The notes: a model not told the origin generated them from the letters alone. Positions 17,184-28,277 are shown, counted from the stretch's first letter. The stretch is DNA of 64,000 nt from Nitrososphaerota archaeon (GCA_009903795.1 WYER01000008.1:5684-69683), one strand, 5' to 3'. Made by a program: numbers and translations.

Positions 17184-18836
17184 ATGCAACAAGGCGACCG
17201 CCTTATGGCAGATAAAAACTGGTCATCGCTTATTCATAACGGTATATATGTGCCAGAACCTTATAAAGCAAAAGGGATACCGCTCATAGTAAACGGAAAA
17301 AAATATTACCTTAACGACGAAGCTGAGTTGATGGCGCTTCATTTTGCTGCTAAGATGGATAAATATATTAATGATGAAGTTTTTATAAAAAATTTTGAAA
17401 AAGATTTCAAAAAAAGATTACCGCCAGAGCTAAGAGCTTACAGTGTACGAGATATGGACTTTTCAGAATTCAAAAAAGAGCTTATGTTACAAAAAGAAAT
17501 AAAGAAAAACAAAAGTAAAGAAGAAAAACAAAAGGAAAAAAGGGAAAAAGATGAATTAAAGAAGAAATACGCTTTTGCGCTTCTGGATGGCAAACAGGTT
17601 CAGCTTTCTGCGTGGAGAGTTGAAGAACCTGGAATTTTTATAGGAAGAGGAAACCACCCTTTGAGGGGTAGGTGGAAACCCCAAGTACTTAAGGAAGATA
17701 TAGTGTTGAACATGAGCAAAAATGCTCCAAAACCCCCAGGAAAATGGAAAGCTATAGTTCACCGACCAGATGTGTTATGGGTTGCCTACTGGAAAGATAA
17801 GCTTACTGGTAAAGAAAAATATGTATGGTTTCACGAATCCGTGCACTTAATGCAGAAAAGGAACAAAGACAAGTACGATTCTGCGCTTTACCTAGGTAAA
17901 AAGATAGCAAAAATCAGAAAACTAATAATGAAAGGAATGAAATCCAGAAATATAAAAACAAGAAAGATAGCTACTGTTGCTTACCTTATAGATACTCTTT
18001 GTATGAGGGTTGGAGACGAAAAGGATAAAGATGAAGCTGATACCGTCGGCGCAACAACTTTAAGGAAAGAGCATGTTTTTATTGAAGTGAATGAAGTAAA
18101 ATTTAATTTTTTAGGAAAAGATAGCGTACTTTGGGAAAAGAAGATAATCAATCCTCCAGAAGTTTTTTTAAACAACTTAAGGTATTTTATAGAAAAGTCC
18201 AAGAGCGGACAGATATTTGAAGGTATAAATTCTAGAGCTGTTAACAGATTTTTAAACAAGGCAGTTCCAGGTTTAACGGCCAAAGTCTTTAGGACCTACC
18301 ATGGAACGCTTACTTTTTATTCTTATTTAAATAATGTTAAAGATGAAATTCAGGATGAAGATGAAGCTTTGTACCATGTTAAGGTCGCAAATTTGATGGC
18401 TGCTATAAGGTTAAACCACAAAAGAACACCTCCTGCAAATTATAAAGATTCATTAGAAAAAAAGATAAGTAAGCTTTATGAAATGTTAGTAAAAGCCAAG
18501 AAGAGTTTACCTGATTCTTATATGAAAAAGATAAGGAAGTACGAGATACAGATTCAAATCCAGAAAATGGTGAAGGGCTATAATTTAAACACATCCCTCA
18601 AAAACTACATAGACCCAAGAGTTGTTATAGCATGGGCAAGAAAAGTTAATTTACCAATAGAAAAGGTTTACAGTTCGTCGTTAAGAAGAAAATTTAAATG
18701 GGCTAACAAAGCGAAAATAGGTTGGGAAGCTTTACAAAAATTCCTTGAACCTTACGAACCCCCAGAACAGGACATAAAGGAAATACTCACAAACGCTCTA
18801 AAAGAAAAGATACGCGAGTCATTAAATAAGGCTTAA
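17184..18836 (+). CDS. DNA topoisomerase IB (eukaryotic-like)
   Basis: W..L.HNG..VPEPY N-terminus, VGATTLR, RTYHGT, and the catalytic-Tyr motif SLKNYIDPRV near the C-terminus. The true start may be ATG 17205 (MADKNW). Confidence 0.85.
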   Translation: MQQGDRLMADKNWSSLIHNGIYVPEPYKAKGIPLIVNGKKYYLNDEAELMALHFAAKMDKYINDEVFIKNFEKDFKKRLPPELRAYSVRDMDFSEFKKELMLQKEIKKNKSKEEKQKEKREKDELKKKYAFALLDGKQVQLSAWRVEEPGIFIGRGNHPLRGRWKPQVLKEDIVLNMSKNAPKPPGKWKAIVHRPDVLWVAYWKDKLTGKEKYVWFHESVHLMQKRNKDKYDSALYLGKKIAKIRKLIMKGMKSRNIKTRKIATVAYLIDTLCMRVGDEKDKDEADTVGATTLRKEHVFIEVNEVKFNFLGKDSVLWEKKIINPPEVFLNNLRYFIEKSKSGQIFEGINSRAVNRFLNKAVPGLTAKVFRTYHGTLTFYSYLNNVKDEIQDEDEALYHVKVANLMAAIRLNHKRTPPANYKDSLEKKISKLYEMLVKAKKSLPDSYMKKIRKYEIQIQIQKMVKGYNLNTSLKNYIDPRVVIAWARKVNLPIEKVYSSSLRRKFKWANKAKIGWEALQKFLEPYEPPEQDIKEILTNALKEKIRESLNKA

Positions 18837-18883
18837 ACGTTTTAGTAAAATATAAAAGGGGCAAGAAGTTAGTTTTAAATGTA

Positions 18884-19456
18884 ATGGCGTTCGAACACAG
18901 CATTTCATTAAGCGTGAAAGTTAGAGAGGTTATGAGTTCACCTGTTATTACAGTATCCCCTACAGACTCAGTGCTTGAAGCAGCAAAAAAGATGAGCGAA
19001 ACTAAGGTAGGAAGCGTTGTTGTTGTCGATAAAAACCAACCTATAGGAATTCTAACTGAAGGAGATATTATAAAGAAGGTGGTTAGCAAAGACCTTATTC
19101 CTTCCTCGGTGAAGGTATCTGAAGTAATGAGCTTTCCTTTAATTACAATAAAGGCTGAAAGTTCTCTTATCGATGCTGCAAAGATAATGAACAAATATAA
19201 CGTAAAAAGGTTGGGCGTTATATACAAAGAAGAATTGATTGGCATAATTTCAATGACCGATATAATTGGACTCTTTCCTGAAATAATGGAAATCGCTTCA
19301 GAAAAATATCAGCTAAAAAGTTACAAAGGCGGAGGCGTAAAAAAATATATATCTGGATACTGTGACAATTGCGGGCAGTGGTCAGATTTTCTACTAGAAG
19401 TTGATGGTAAGTTTTTGTGCGAAGAATGTCGTGAGGAACTTTTCGGTAAAACATAA
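18884..19456 (+). CDS. CBS-domain pair protein with C-terminal zinc ribbon
   Basis: Two CBS repeats (VREVMSSPVITV...; VSEVMSFPLITI...) followed by CDNCGQ...CEEC. Confidence 0.75.
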   Translation: MAFEHSISLSVKVREVMSSPVITVSPTDSVLEAAKKMSETKVGSVVVVDKNQPIGILTEGDIIKKVVSKDLIPSSVKVSEVMSFPLITIKAESSLIDAAKIMNKYNVKRLGVIYKEELIGIISMTDIIGLFPEIMEIASEKYQLKSYKGGGVKKYISGYCDNCGQWSDFLLEVDGKFLCEECREELFGKT

Positions 19457-19507
19457 TGAAGATTTTAAGATTTAAAAAACTTTATTCGCAAATATTTTTA
19501 ACGCATT

Positions 19508-20011
19508 TTGAACAATAAAAAACATTACTATCACGAAGAAAATATAAAGTTTATAACAGACTCTATGCTTGGAAATATAGCTAGAAAGCTAAGGCTTTTT
19601 GGCTTTGATGTATTATATTATAAAAAAGGTGATGACGAAGGCCTTTTAAGAAATTTTGAAGATCGTGTTCTTCTTACATGCGATAAAGAATTATATAAAC
19701 GATGTTTTAGTTTAGGAAGAAAAGCAATATTTATAGAGCGATCAGAAAATGAACTTGATTCTTTAACTCATATTTTCAAATCGCTTAAAATAAAGCCTGT
19801 ATTGAAAGCCACAAGGTGTACAGTTTGTAATGGTAAACTTAGGAAAATGAATAAAGAAGAAATAATTAAAAATCAAAATATACCACAAAATACTAAGTCC
19901 AAATATAAAGAGTTTTACGTTTGCACTAATTGCGGAAAAGTTTATTGGTTCGGTTCTCACTGGAAAAACATAATAGAGTTTAACGAAAAACTAAAAAGCA
20001 TATTCAAATAA
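19508..20011 (+). CDS. Mut7-C/DUF82 PIN-like RNase domain protein with zinc ribbon
   Basis: DSMLGNIARKLRLFGFDV plus CTVCNG...CTNCGKVYWFGSHW. TTG start. Confidence 0.7.
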   Translation: MNNKKHYYHEENIKFITDSMLGNIARKLRLFGFDVLYYKKGDDEGLLRNFEDRVLLTCDKELYKRCFSLGRKAIFIERSENELDSLTHIFKSLKIKPVLKATRCTVCNGKLRKMNKEEIIKNQNIPQNTKSKYKEFYVCTNCGKVYWFGSHWKNIIEFNEKLKSIFK

Positions 20012-20042
20012 ATTTAAATAAAAAGTAATTCTATTCTTAGGA

Positions 20043-20573
20043 GTGATAAATAAAAACGAAGACCTAAAAAAATATATTCGCGATATTCCTGACTACCCTG
20101 TTAGGGGTGTTATATTCAGAGATCTAACTCCACTTTTTGCAAGTGCAGAAGCCTTTAATTATTCTATAGAAAAGCTTTACGATAAGTTAAAGGACATGAA
20201 GATAAATAAGATTGCTGCTATTGAAGCCAGAGGTTTTATAGTTGGCGCACCATTAGCCAAAATGTTAAATGTAGGTTTTGTTCCTATACGTAAGAGTGGT
20301 AAATTGCCTTGGAAAAAAAGGAGCATAACTTATGATCTTGAGTATGGAAAAGAAACTATAGAAATTCATGAAGATTCTATCAAGCCGGGAGAAAACGTTG
20401 CAATAGTAGACGACCTTCTGGCAACGGGTGGTACGAGCTTGGCTGCTATAAACCTAGTTGAACAACTTAAAGGTAATGTTTCAGCTTTAGTATTTATAGT
20501 TGTTTTAGATTATTTAAAAGGAAGAGAAAGGTTAAAAAACTATAAAATAATAAATTTGGTAGATTATTTCTGA
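20043..20573 (+). CDS. apt: adenine phosphoribosyltransferase
   Basis: IRDIPDYPVRGVIFRDLTPL, IAAIEARGFIVGAPLA, VAIVDDLLATGGT. Confidence 0.9.
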   Translation: MINKNEDLKKYIRDIPDYPVRGVIFRDLTPLFASAEAFNYSIEKLYDKLKDMKINKIAAIEARGFIVGAPLAKMLNVGFVPIRKSGKLPWKKRSITYDLEYGKETIEIHEDSIKPGENVAIVDDLLATGGTSLAAINLVEQLKGNVSALVFIVVLDYLKGRERLKNYKIINLVDYF

Positions 20574-20603
20574 CCAATTAACCCTCTCAAAAACGGTTAA
20601 AAA

Positions 20604-20735
20604 CATTTTTAGCACAGGATGCGTTTACAGTTTTTGATAGCTACATACAATCCTGCAACCTAATAATGGTAAAGCGCATTATACGTTAAATTAAACGTGG
20701 AAAATCTAGGAGAATGCTTTTTAACCTCTACAGAC
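20604..20735 (+). repeat. repeat family B, copy 2
   Basis: See copy 1. In addition, 20631-20653 is the inverted counterpart of 10535-10556 in family A. Confidence 0.65.
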
Positions 20736-21151
20736 AGTAAAGAACAACCTTAAGCGTTGCCTTGTAATGCATGTGTATAACTAAATATAACTAAATTTAA
20801 TAAAAGGCGATTGCGTTTTCAAAAAATCTGCGACCTTTGTGATTAATTGAGACATCATGCATATTTGATCATAAAGTGTAAAAATTAATAAAAAGAACAA
20901 AAGAGGTGCATAAAAGTTTGTAATTAAACCTTTTATAATTAAATTAGAAATTTTAAGAGAATTTTGGAGATTCAGCAGGTTTGATTAACTCGCTTGACAA
21001 TACTAAAGCTATTTTAAGAAAAAGCTACTCATAAAACTTGTAAGTTAACGTGCTCATTATAAAATTAAAAAAAGTTTTTTATCTGCTGTGAAAAGCTTAA
21101 CTTTCAGCTTTTGTAAGAAGTTGTTATTAAAATAATCCTTTTTTAAATGTC

Positions 21152-22198
21152 TTAGAATATTTTATATCTCATGATAGCTGCTATGCCCCCTATATTTTTT
21201 AACCAGAACCTTGCTTCTTGGTTTGTCGTAAAAACCTTAACCTTACCTTTTGATGTTATCACATTTTCTACAATTTTTACGATCTTTGACCTTGTTTCTG
21301 GATCGTTCATTATGTCTCTATCAATCAAAAGCAAGTCGACAGCCCCTCTTAGTGCCGCCTCTTCAACTGGTTTAAGACCATAAGCTATTGGTAGATCCTT
21401 TCCTACCATATACATAAACTTCTCCATAAGCTCTTGTTCTTGTATTGCTTCGCTAGCTTTTAAAGCCTGCCTAAGCGCTTCCTTTTTAAGTGCCTCCCTT
21501 AACCCTGCTGATCCCCCGTACGATGTTTCAACTGTTACTATTCTTGTATCTTTCAAAAAATTCTTTAAAACGTTTGTAAGCTTTTCTAAATACAAAGATG
21601 GACCAGAAATAGCCACTATATTAGGCTTAAGTTCTTCAACGAGCTTTTTAATTGATTTTGCGACTTTTTCTAATTCTTTCTTTTCATTTTCCTGAGAAAG
21701 GTCTTTATTTTTAAATCTTAAATCTATTTTATCTTCGTAAATTGTTTGCAACCCAGAGTTCGTTAACCTTGCGACAGCGAAATCTTCGCTGTCTATTGAA
21801 GCTAGCAATGCATTTACTAGAGTCCTGTTTTCTGCTTCTTTAAGCCTTCTAAGGTCAAGCTCATTCCAACTTTCTTTCTTTATTATCGTTATGACGCTTC
21901 CTGGTTCAAGGTTTATAGTGTGATGTTTGCCTTTTATATCTAAATCTTCAGGGCTTTCTATAACTGTCCCGTGAATTCTTAATCTATTAGTCATTGGTTG
22001 CATTTCCGCCCATTCTACAAAAAGCGTTAAAGTGACAGGTCTTCTCCAGCTTGATGTTTGTGTTTTAATTTCTCGCGTTGTTTTTCCTATAACAATATCC
22101 CCTTTATAAAGAATATTATAAACCTCCCATAGATCATCTTCGTTATCGACTCTAATTTTTATTGTCCTTTCTTTTTCTTCAATGTCAATTATCTTCAT
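21152..22198 (-). CDS. pelA: protein Pelota homologue (aDom34)
   Basis: 348 aa. N-terminal ...IRVDNEDDLWEVYNIL..GD and an eRF1-like C-terminal domain. Confidence 0.85.
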   Translation of the reverse strand: MKIIDIEEKERTIKIRVDNEDDLWEVYNILYKGDIVIGKTTREIKTQTSSWRRPVTLTLFVEWAEMQPMTNRLRIHGTVIESPEDLDIKGKHHTINLEPGSVITIIKKESWNELDLRRLKEAENRTLVNALLASIDSEDFAVARLTNSGLQTIYEDKIDLRFKNKDLSQENEKKELEKVAKSIKKLVEELKPNIVAISGPSLYLEKLTNVLKNFLKDTRIVTVETSYGGSAGLREALKKEALRQALKASEAIQEQELMEKFMYMVGKDLPIAYGLKPVEEAALRGAVDLLLIDRDIMNDPETRSKIVKIVENVITSKGKVKVFTTNQEARFWLKNIGGIAAIMRYKIF

Positions 22199-22210
22199 AC
22201 TATTAAACCA

Positions 22211-22295
22211 TGCGGGGGGTGGGATTTGAACCCACGTACCCCAACGGGACGAGGTTCTGAGCCTCGCGCCATTGACCAGGCTAGGCGACCCCCGC
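22211..22295 (-). tRNA. tRNA-Leu (anticodon CAG), class II
   Basis: Hand-folded: acceptor GCGGGGG/CCCCCGC, anticodon stem CGAGG/CCTCG with loop CTCAGAA, 14-nt variable arm, T arm GTGGG-TTCAAAT-CCCAC, discriminator A. Confidence 0.9.
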
Positions 22296-22365
22296 TCTAA
22301 AAAATGATGTGGCGTTATAGTTAAATACTTTTACACATTTTATAAACCGTTTGAAGATCTACTTA

Positions 22366-22555
22366 GTTTATGAACTACAAAACCCAGCCCTTAATTTGAG
22401 CTTCCGTTTCATTGATGCGCATACGTGTGGAATACTTGACGCCTACCCTACGCTAAATAGGGGAAGCCTATTTGTGCATCAATAATATAAAATTTCTTTA
22501 TATAAAAACCATTTGTAAGGGGCTATCCAAAGCTCACGAAAGGGTTTTGTCTCCT
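22366..22555 (+). repeat. repeat family A, copy 2 (hairpins degraded)
   Basis: See copy 1. Lies about 70 nt upstream of the 5' end of tRNA-Leu. Confidence 0.6.
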
Positions 22556-22813
22556 AACACTTCCAGTTAAAAGATGATCGTGCTAATTACATGATAAAAC
22601 ATAAAGTATTTCTTATGATGTTAAAGAGTAGCAATAAACCAAAAGCTCTGAGCGTAATGGTAATGTGGTTCACAAAACTGCCAAAACAATTAGGTAATTA
22701 ACTTATAAGCTCTGAGCGGGATACTTCACATTTTCGGTTCAGATTTACTTCTTCTAAAATTATTTGGGAAAAATATAAAAGGATTTCTAAGGTGTAATTA
22801 TCATGAATGGTTA

Positions 22814-25027
22814 ATGTCAGCCTCTAGTATGGTAACATTAAAGGTAATGGAGGCTTATACGCGAGATGTCGGAAGGGGCGTCGCAAGGGTTGATTATGAA
22901 GTCATGGATATGCTTAACCTTCAGAGTGGTGATGTTATAGAAATTAAAGGTAAAAGGAGAACCGTTGCAAAGGTTCTTCCGTTATATCCAACCGATGAAG
23001 GTAGAGGTATAATAAGAATTGATGGTCTTATAAGGTCAAATGCTGGGGTTGCCATAGGAGATAACGTAACAGTAAGAAAAGTTAAGGCTGTACCTGCAGA
23101 AAGAATAGTAATTTCTCCAATGGAGGAAGTACCTTATATAGATGAAAGGTATATAACTGACGCCCTTGAAGGTCTTCCAGTCGTTAAAGGAGATAATATT
23201 ATAGTTCCTTATTTTGGAGGAAGGATTACTTTCAACGTAATTCAAACGTCTCCTGCTAATGCAGAAGCCGTAATAATAAATCAAAAAACAATAATTGAAA
23301 GGACAGGCAGGGGACAAGGTTTAAAAGGCGTTCCAAGGGTAACTTATGAAGATATAGGAGGCTTAAAAGAAGAAATTCAAAAAATAAGAGAAATGGTCGA
23401 ATTACCGCTTCGACACCCCGAGCTTTTTGAAAGATTAGGTATAGAGCCACCTAAGGGAGTGTTGCTTTACGGTCCACCAGGCACAGGGAAGACTCTTTTA
23501 GCAAAGGCTGTTGCAAATGAGACTAATGCTACATTCATACATATATCTGGTCCTGAAATAATGAGTAAGTTTTACGGCGAATCAGAAGCTAGGCTAAGGG
23601 AGAAGTTCCAGGAAGCGAAAGAAAAAGCTCCATCTATAATATTTATAGACGAAATAGATGCAATAGCCCCGAAAAGGGACGAAGTAACTGGCGAAGTCGA
23701 AAGGAGGGTAGTAAGTCAGCTTTTAACTCTTATGGATGGGCTTGAAACAAGAGGTAAAGTTATAGTAATAGGGGCGACTAACAGGCCTAACGCTATAGAT
23801 CCTGCTTTAAGAAGGCCAGGAAGGTTCGACAGAGAAATAGAGCTCAAAGTACCTGATAAACAAGGAAGGCTAGAAATACTTCAGATTCACACAAGGAACA
23901 TGCCGTTAGCCGAAGACGTTGATCTTGAAAAGATAGCTTCACAAACTCACGGCTTCGTAGGAGCCGATCTAGAATATTTGGCAAAAGAAGCTGCTATGAA
24001 GGCTCTAAAAAGGGTCTTACCGAAAATAAACTTGGAAGAAGAAAGAATTCCGGCTGAAGTTTTAAACGAAATAAAAGTAACGATGCAAGACTTCTTAGAC
24101 GCTCTAAAAGAAATAACGCCATCTGCTATGAGGGAAGTTTATCTTGAGACTCCTGATGTAAAATGGTCAGATATTGGAGGACTTGAAGAAGTAAAGACGG
24201 AATTACGAGAAGCTGTAGAGTGGCCTTTAAAGTTCCCAGAAGTTTATAAGAGGCTTAATTACAAAATACCTAAGGGAATACTGCTTTACGGTCCACCAGG
24301 CACAGGGAAGACTCTTTTAGCAAAGGCTGTTGCAACGGAAAGCGAAGCTAACTTTATCAGTGTAAGGGGCCCAGAACTTTTAAGCAAATGGGTTGGAGAG
24401 TCAGAAAGGGCTGTTCGTGAAATATTTAGAAAAGCTAGACAGGCAGCACCGTGCATAATATTCTTTGATGAAATAGACGCATTGGCTCCAATAAGAGGTT
24501 ATTCAACTGACAGCGGTGTAACAGAAAGGGTTGTTTCTCAGCTTTTAACAGAACTTGATGGTATACAGCCTTTGCACGGTGTTGTAGTTATCGCTTCAAC
24601 GAACAGGATTGACATGATAGATCCTGCCCTTCTCAGAGCTGGTAGGTTTGACAAACTCATATACGTTCCTATGCCAGACAAGCAGGCAAGGATAGAAATA
24701 CTAAAGATTCATACAAGAGGCGTACCTTTGTGCACACACAACGAAGCAATCAATGGGCTCTGCAACGAAAGCGATATTGTTAACCTAGAAAAAATAGCAG
24801 AAGCTACAGAAGGCTTTAGCGGCGCTGACCTCGAATCAGTAGTTAACACTGCTATTTCAATAGTTTTACAGGAATACCTAAAATCGCATCAAAATGAGGA
24901 AGATTATAAGAAAGATTTAGAGAAAGTTTTCATATTACAGCAACACTTTGAAGAAGCCATAAAGAGAGTAAGAGCGTCAAGAGAAGGAAAAGTTATGGAA
25001 AAAGCTCCAGTTCCATACTATAGATAA
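22814..25027 (+). CDS. cdc48: Cdc48/VCP-like AAA+ ATPase (two AAA domains)
   Basis: N-domain followed by two [15 protein letters not shown] Walker A motifs and DEID Walker B motifs. 737 aa. Confidence 0.95.
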   Translation: MSASSMVTLKVMEAYTRDVGRGVARVDYEVMDMLNLQSGDVIEIKGKRRTVAKVLPLYPTDEGRGIIRIDGLIRSNAGVAIGDNVTVRKVKAVPAERIVISPMEEVPYIDERYITDALEGLPVVKGDNIIVPYFGGRITFNVIQTSPANAEAVIINQKTIIERTGRGQGLKGVPRVTYEDIGGLKEEIQKIREMVELPLRHPELFERLGIEPPKGVLLYGPPGTGKTLLAKAVANETNATFIHISGPEIMSKFYGESEARLREKFQEAKEKAPSIIFIDEIDAIAPKRDEVTGEVERRVVSQLLTLMDGLETRGKVIVIGATNRPNAIDPALRRPGRFDREIELKVPDKQGRLEILQIHTRNMPLAEDVDLEKIASQTHGFVGADLEYLAKEAAMKALKRVLPKINLEEERIPAEVLNEIKVTMQDFLDALKEITPSAMREVYLETPDVKWSDIGGLEEVKTELREAVEWPLKFPEVYKRLNYKIPKGILLYGPPGTGKTLLAKAVATESEANFISVRGPELLSKWVGESERAVREIFRKARQAAPCIIFFDEIDALAPIRGYSTDSGVTERVVSQLLTELDGIQPLHGVVVIASTNRIDMIDPALLRAGRFDKLIYVPMPDKQARIEILKIHTRGVPLCTHNEAINGLCNESDIVNLEKIAEATEGFSGADLESVVNTAISIVLQEYLKSHQNEEDYKKDLEKVFILQQHFEEAIKRVRASREGKVMEKAPVPYYR

Positions 25028-25079
25028 GCAAAAAGTTATTTTCGATCAGCTTAAATTTTATTTATAATTACCTTTAGCC

Positions 25080-26642
25080 GTGATAATAGGCAAAGGTACA
25101 TGGCTGGATAAAGTTGCTTATCATGTGATAGAAAGAGAAAAATCTCTTGGAAGAGACATGAGCTTAATAAAGGTCGAAAGCGGTCTTGGTGCTTCAGGTA
25201 TACCTCATCTAGGAAGCTTTTCTGATGTTGCTAGAGCTTACGGAGTAAAAATGGCTTTGGAGGTACAGGGGTTTAAAAGCGAGCTTATTTCTTTTGCTGA
25301 CGACATGGATGGTCTACGAAAAGTTCCTGTAGGTTTCCCTGATTGGTTGAACGAGCATCTCGCTGAACCAGTTTCTAGAATAAAAGATCCATTTGGTTGT
25401 CATGACAGCTTTGGCGCGCATATCGGCTCTTTGTTGATAGAGTCTCTGGACAAAGTCGGCATCGAATACAAATATATGAGAGGTTCAGAAGCTTATAAAA
25501 AAGGTCTTTTGATAGAGCAAATAAGAAAAGTATTGATTAATTCTGAAAAAATCGGAAACAAGCTAAAGGAAACTCTTGGGCAGGAGAAATTTACAAAGGC
25601 TTTACCTTATTTTGTTATATGTCCTAAATGCGGTAGAATATATACTACAGAAGCGATTTCTTACGACCCAAAGACCGATAAGGTTCATTTTAAGTGTAAA
25701 GGAACTAAGATAAGAGGCAAGGTAATTCCTGGTTGTGGATATGAAGGAGATATAGACATAAAAGAAGGCGAAGGCAAGCTAAGCTGGAAAGTAGAACTAG
25801 CTTCAAGATGGTCAGCTCTAGATATAAGGTTTGAAGCATACGGAAAAGATATAGCAGATTCAGTTAAGTTTAATGACTGGGTAGCTGACGAAATACTTGG
25901 TTATCCGCACCCGTACCACGTTAAATATGAAATGTTTCTTGATAAAGGCGGAAAAAAGCTTTCAAAGTCAGCTGGGAACGTAATAACGCCGCAGGCATGG
26001 TTAAGGTATGGAACAAAGCAGAGCCTCATGCTGTTAATGTACAAAAGAATAAAGGGCGCTAGGGAGGTTTCAATCGAAGATGTACCAACATATATGGAAG
26101 AATATGACAGGCTTGAAGAAGGTTATTTTAGGAACTCTCTTCCTCCTAAATTAAAAGGGCTTTACGAATACGTAAATCTGTTAAAGATTCCAGATAAAAT
26201 GCCGGTGCATGTTCCTTACAGATTGCTTTTGCAACTTGCAACGATAGCTCCAGAAGATAACTATATAGATTTTATAAAAAAGCGGCTTATTTCATACGGT
26301 TACAAAGAAATAGATAACCTACTTATTGAAAAAATTCAGCTTGCCTACAATATGGCTAAAGATCACGTTACAGTAGTCCAAGTTCAGGTTCAGCTCAACG
26401 ATCAAGAAAAAGAAGCAGTAAGGAAGCTCATTGAAGCTTTAAAAACTAACAAAGATGGCACGTCTATACAGAATTCAATATACGAAATCGCAAAATCTAC
26501 GGGCTTAAAACCTTCAGAGTTTTTTAAAAAGCTTTACCAAATAATCTTTGGTTCTGATAACGGGCCTAGGCTTGGCTATTATATAGCAGACGTTGGACCT
26601 GAAAAAATAGCAGAAATGTTAAAGAAAGCTTTAGGGAGCTAA
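25080..26642 (+). CDS. lysK: lysyl-tRNA synthetase, class I
   Basis: GASGIPHLGSF (HIGH-like) and GGKKLSKSAGN (KMSKS). GTG start. Confidence 0.9.
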   Translation: MIIGKGTWLDKVAYHVIEREKSLGRDMSLIKVESGLGASGIPHLGSFSDVARAYGVKMALEVQGFKSELISFADDMDGLRKVPVGFPDWLNEHLAEPVSRIKDPFGCHDSFGAHIGSLLIESLDKVGIEYKYMRGSEAYKKGLLIEQIRKVLINSEKIGNKLKETLGQEKFTKALPYFVICPKCGRIYTTEAISYDPKTDKVHFKCKGTKIRGKVIPGCGYEGDIDIKEGEGKLSWKVELASRWSALDIRFEAYGKDIADSVKFNDWVADEILGYPHPYHVKYEMFLDKGGKKLSKSAGNVITPQAWLRYGTKQSLMLLMYKRIKGAREVSIEDVPTYMEEYDRLEEGYFRNSLPPKLKGLYEYVNLLKIPDKMPVHVPYRLLLQLATIAPEDNYIDFIKKRLISYGYKEIDNLLIEKIQLAYNMAKDHVTVVQVQVQLNDQEKEAVRKLIEALKTNKDGTSIQNSIYEIAKSTGLKPSEFFKKLYQIIFGSDNGPRLGYYIADVGPEKIAEMLKKALGS

Positions 26643-27622
26643 TGGGGATTTTGTTGGCCCCATAAGTTCATGGGGCTTATACGGTTTTTCTAAAAGTTTC
26701 ATTTCTTCTTCTGTAAGTTTTATCTCAAGCGCCTGTACAGCATCATCAAGATGTTCAGGCTTTGTTGCACCTAATAAAACTGTAGTTATGTATGGCTTAT
26801 TAAAAAGCCAAGCTAATGCCAAAACAACCGGTTTCACTCCTTTTTGTTTTGCTATTTCTTCTAAGTTCTCTACGACGTCAAAATCTTCTGGCCTAAAATA
26901 ACCAGTAGGAAGATATTTATCAGTAAGGTATCTAACGGTGTTTGGCGTTTGATTTCTTTTATATTTTCCGGTCAAAAACCCTCTTGCTAGAGGGCTATAA
27001 GGAGCTATAGCTATGTTTAGCTCTCTGCATAAAGGTATCGTTTCTCTTTCCTCTTCTCTGTAAGCTAGGTTATAGCGAGGGGAGTAATAAACGAGTTTTT
27101 CGTACCCTTTATAAATTGCTAGATCCCATAGTCTTTGTATTTGAAATGCGTAAATAGATGTTGCTCCAATATACCTTACCTTTCCTTCCTTAACAAATTG
27201 AGATAACGTCGAAAGCGTTTCCTCTATATCTGTAGAGTAATCCCATCTGTGAATCTGGTATATATCTATGTATTCCGTATTTAATCTCTCTAAAGAACCT
27301 CTAAGTTGTGCATAAAGCCTTTTCCTTGAAAGTCCACTGTTATTTATTCCATTTTCAAATTCTAGACCCACTTTGGTTCCTATTATTATTTCTTCTCTGT
27401 TATAACCCCTTATTGCTTCACCGATTATTTTTTTCTGATTCCCCATTTGAATATACATCAGCAGTATCTATAAAGTTTATACCTAAATCAAAACCCTTTT
27501 TTTATGATCTTAAGAGCGTCTTCTTTTTGTGCCATCCAGGGCTCTTTACTGCCATAAGACATGCCACCAAGAGCTATTCTGGAGATCTTTACATTGCTCC
27601 ATCCAAGTTTTGCATATTGCAT
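26631..27622 (-). pseudogene. aldo/keto reductase interrupted by two +1 frameshifts, each in an A7 run of the coding strand
   Basis: Three frames join to give MQYAKLGWSNVKISRIALGGMSYGSKEPWMAQKEDALKIIKK | GFDLGINFIDTADVYSNGESEK | IIGEAIRGYNREEIIIGTKVG... The shifts are at T7 runs 27497-27503 and 27428-27434 (+ strand). Confidence 0.8.
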
Positions 27623-27746
27623 AAAAACAATTACTCGTTATGCGTATTTAAACATATCACATCGTAGTATTTTATATTTATTTATCATCACACATTATTC
27701 ACAGAACAATATCGAAAACTACCCTAACCATAACAGTAAACCAAAA

Positions 27747-27875
27747 CTTTTTAACACAGCGTTTTAACGTTTAAACAAATTATGAAAAATCATGGCATAC
27801 AATAATGATAAAGCGCATTATATTTTTTAGACATTGGAAAAATCTATGAATAATGCTTGTTTTTAGACCTATGTT
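27747..27875 (+). repeat. repeat family B, copy 3
   Basis: CTTTTTAACACAGCG...ACAATAATGATAAAGCGCATTATA...AAAATCTATGAATAATGCTTGTTTTTAGACC. Confidence 0.6.
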
Positions 27876-28277
27876 GCCAGAAAGGAACCCCTGAAGCAAC
27901 AGCCTGATGATCTACAGTAAAACGAATTATTATAAAATAATGAAAGATTCTTGCATATTCAAAACCTGCCATCGTTGAGATTGGCCGACATAACACAATT
28001 TATTACGATCATAAAATCTAGGAGTTAATAGAACAAAAAGGGTTGGCTTATCAATTTGTAACCGCATCATTTGCAATCGAATGCAAATTAATTGAATTTG
28101 GGAAATAGCACGTTTGATTAACATGCTTTACTAAGAAAAACCGCTTATAAACAGGTAAGATATAACTAATTCGTTATAAAAATCAGACAAAATTTCTTAT
28201 CTACTTTTTTGATAACCGAAGAGGTTAGCTTCCTTTTTAGAAAAAACTTAAAACTTAAAATTATTAAGGAAGTGTAA

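Noticed and set aside
22643-22718. Direct repeat AAGCTCTGAGCG (22643-22654 and 22707-22718) as a possible CRISPR or tandem array
   Set aside because: There are only two 12-nt copies and no further periodicity. A similar AAGCTCAGGCTGTAATGG at ~29413 suggests it belongs to the dispersed repeat network. I saw no CRISPR array anywhere in the window.
27308-27767. + strand ORFs 27308-27667 and 27561-27767
   Set aside because: They are antisense to the 5' portion of the frameshifted aldo/keto reductase. The minus strand carries clear AKR motifs.
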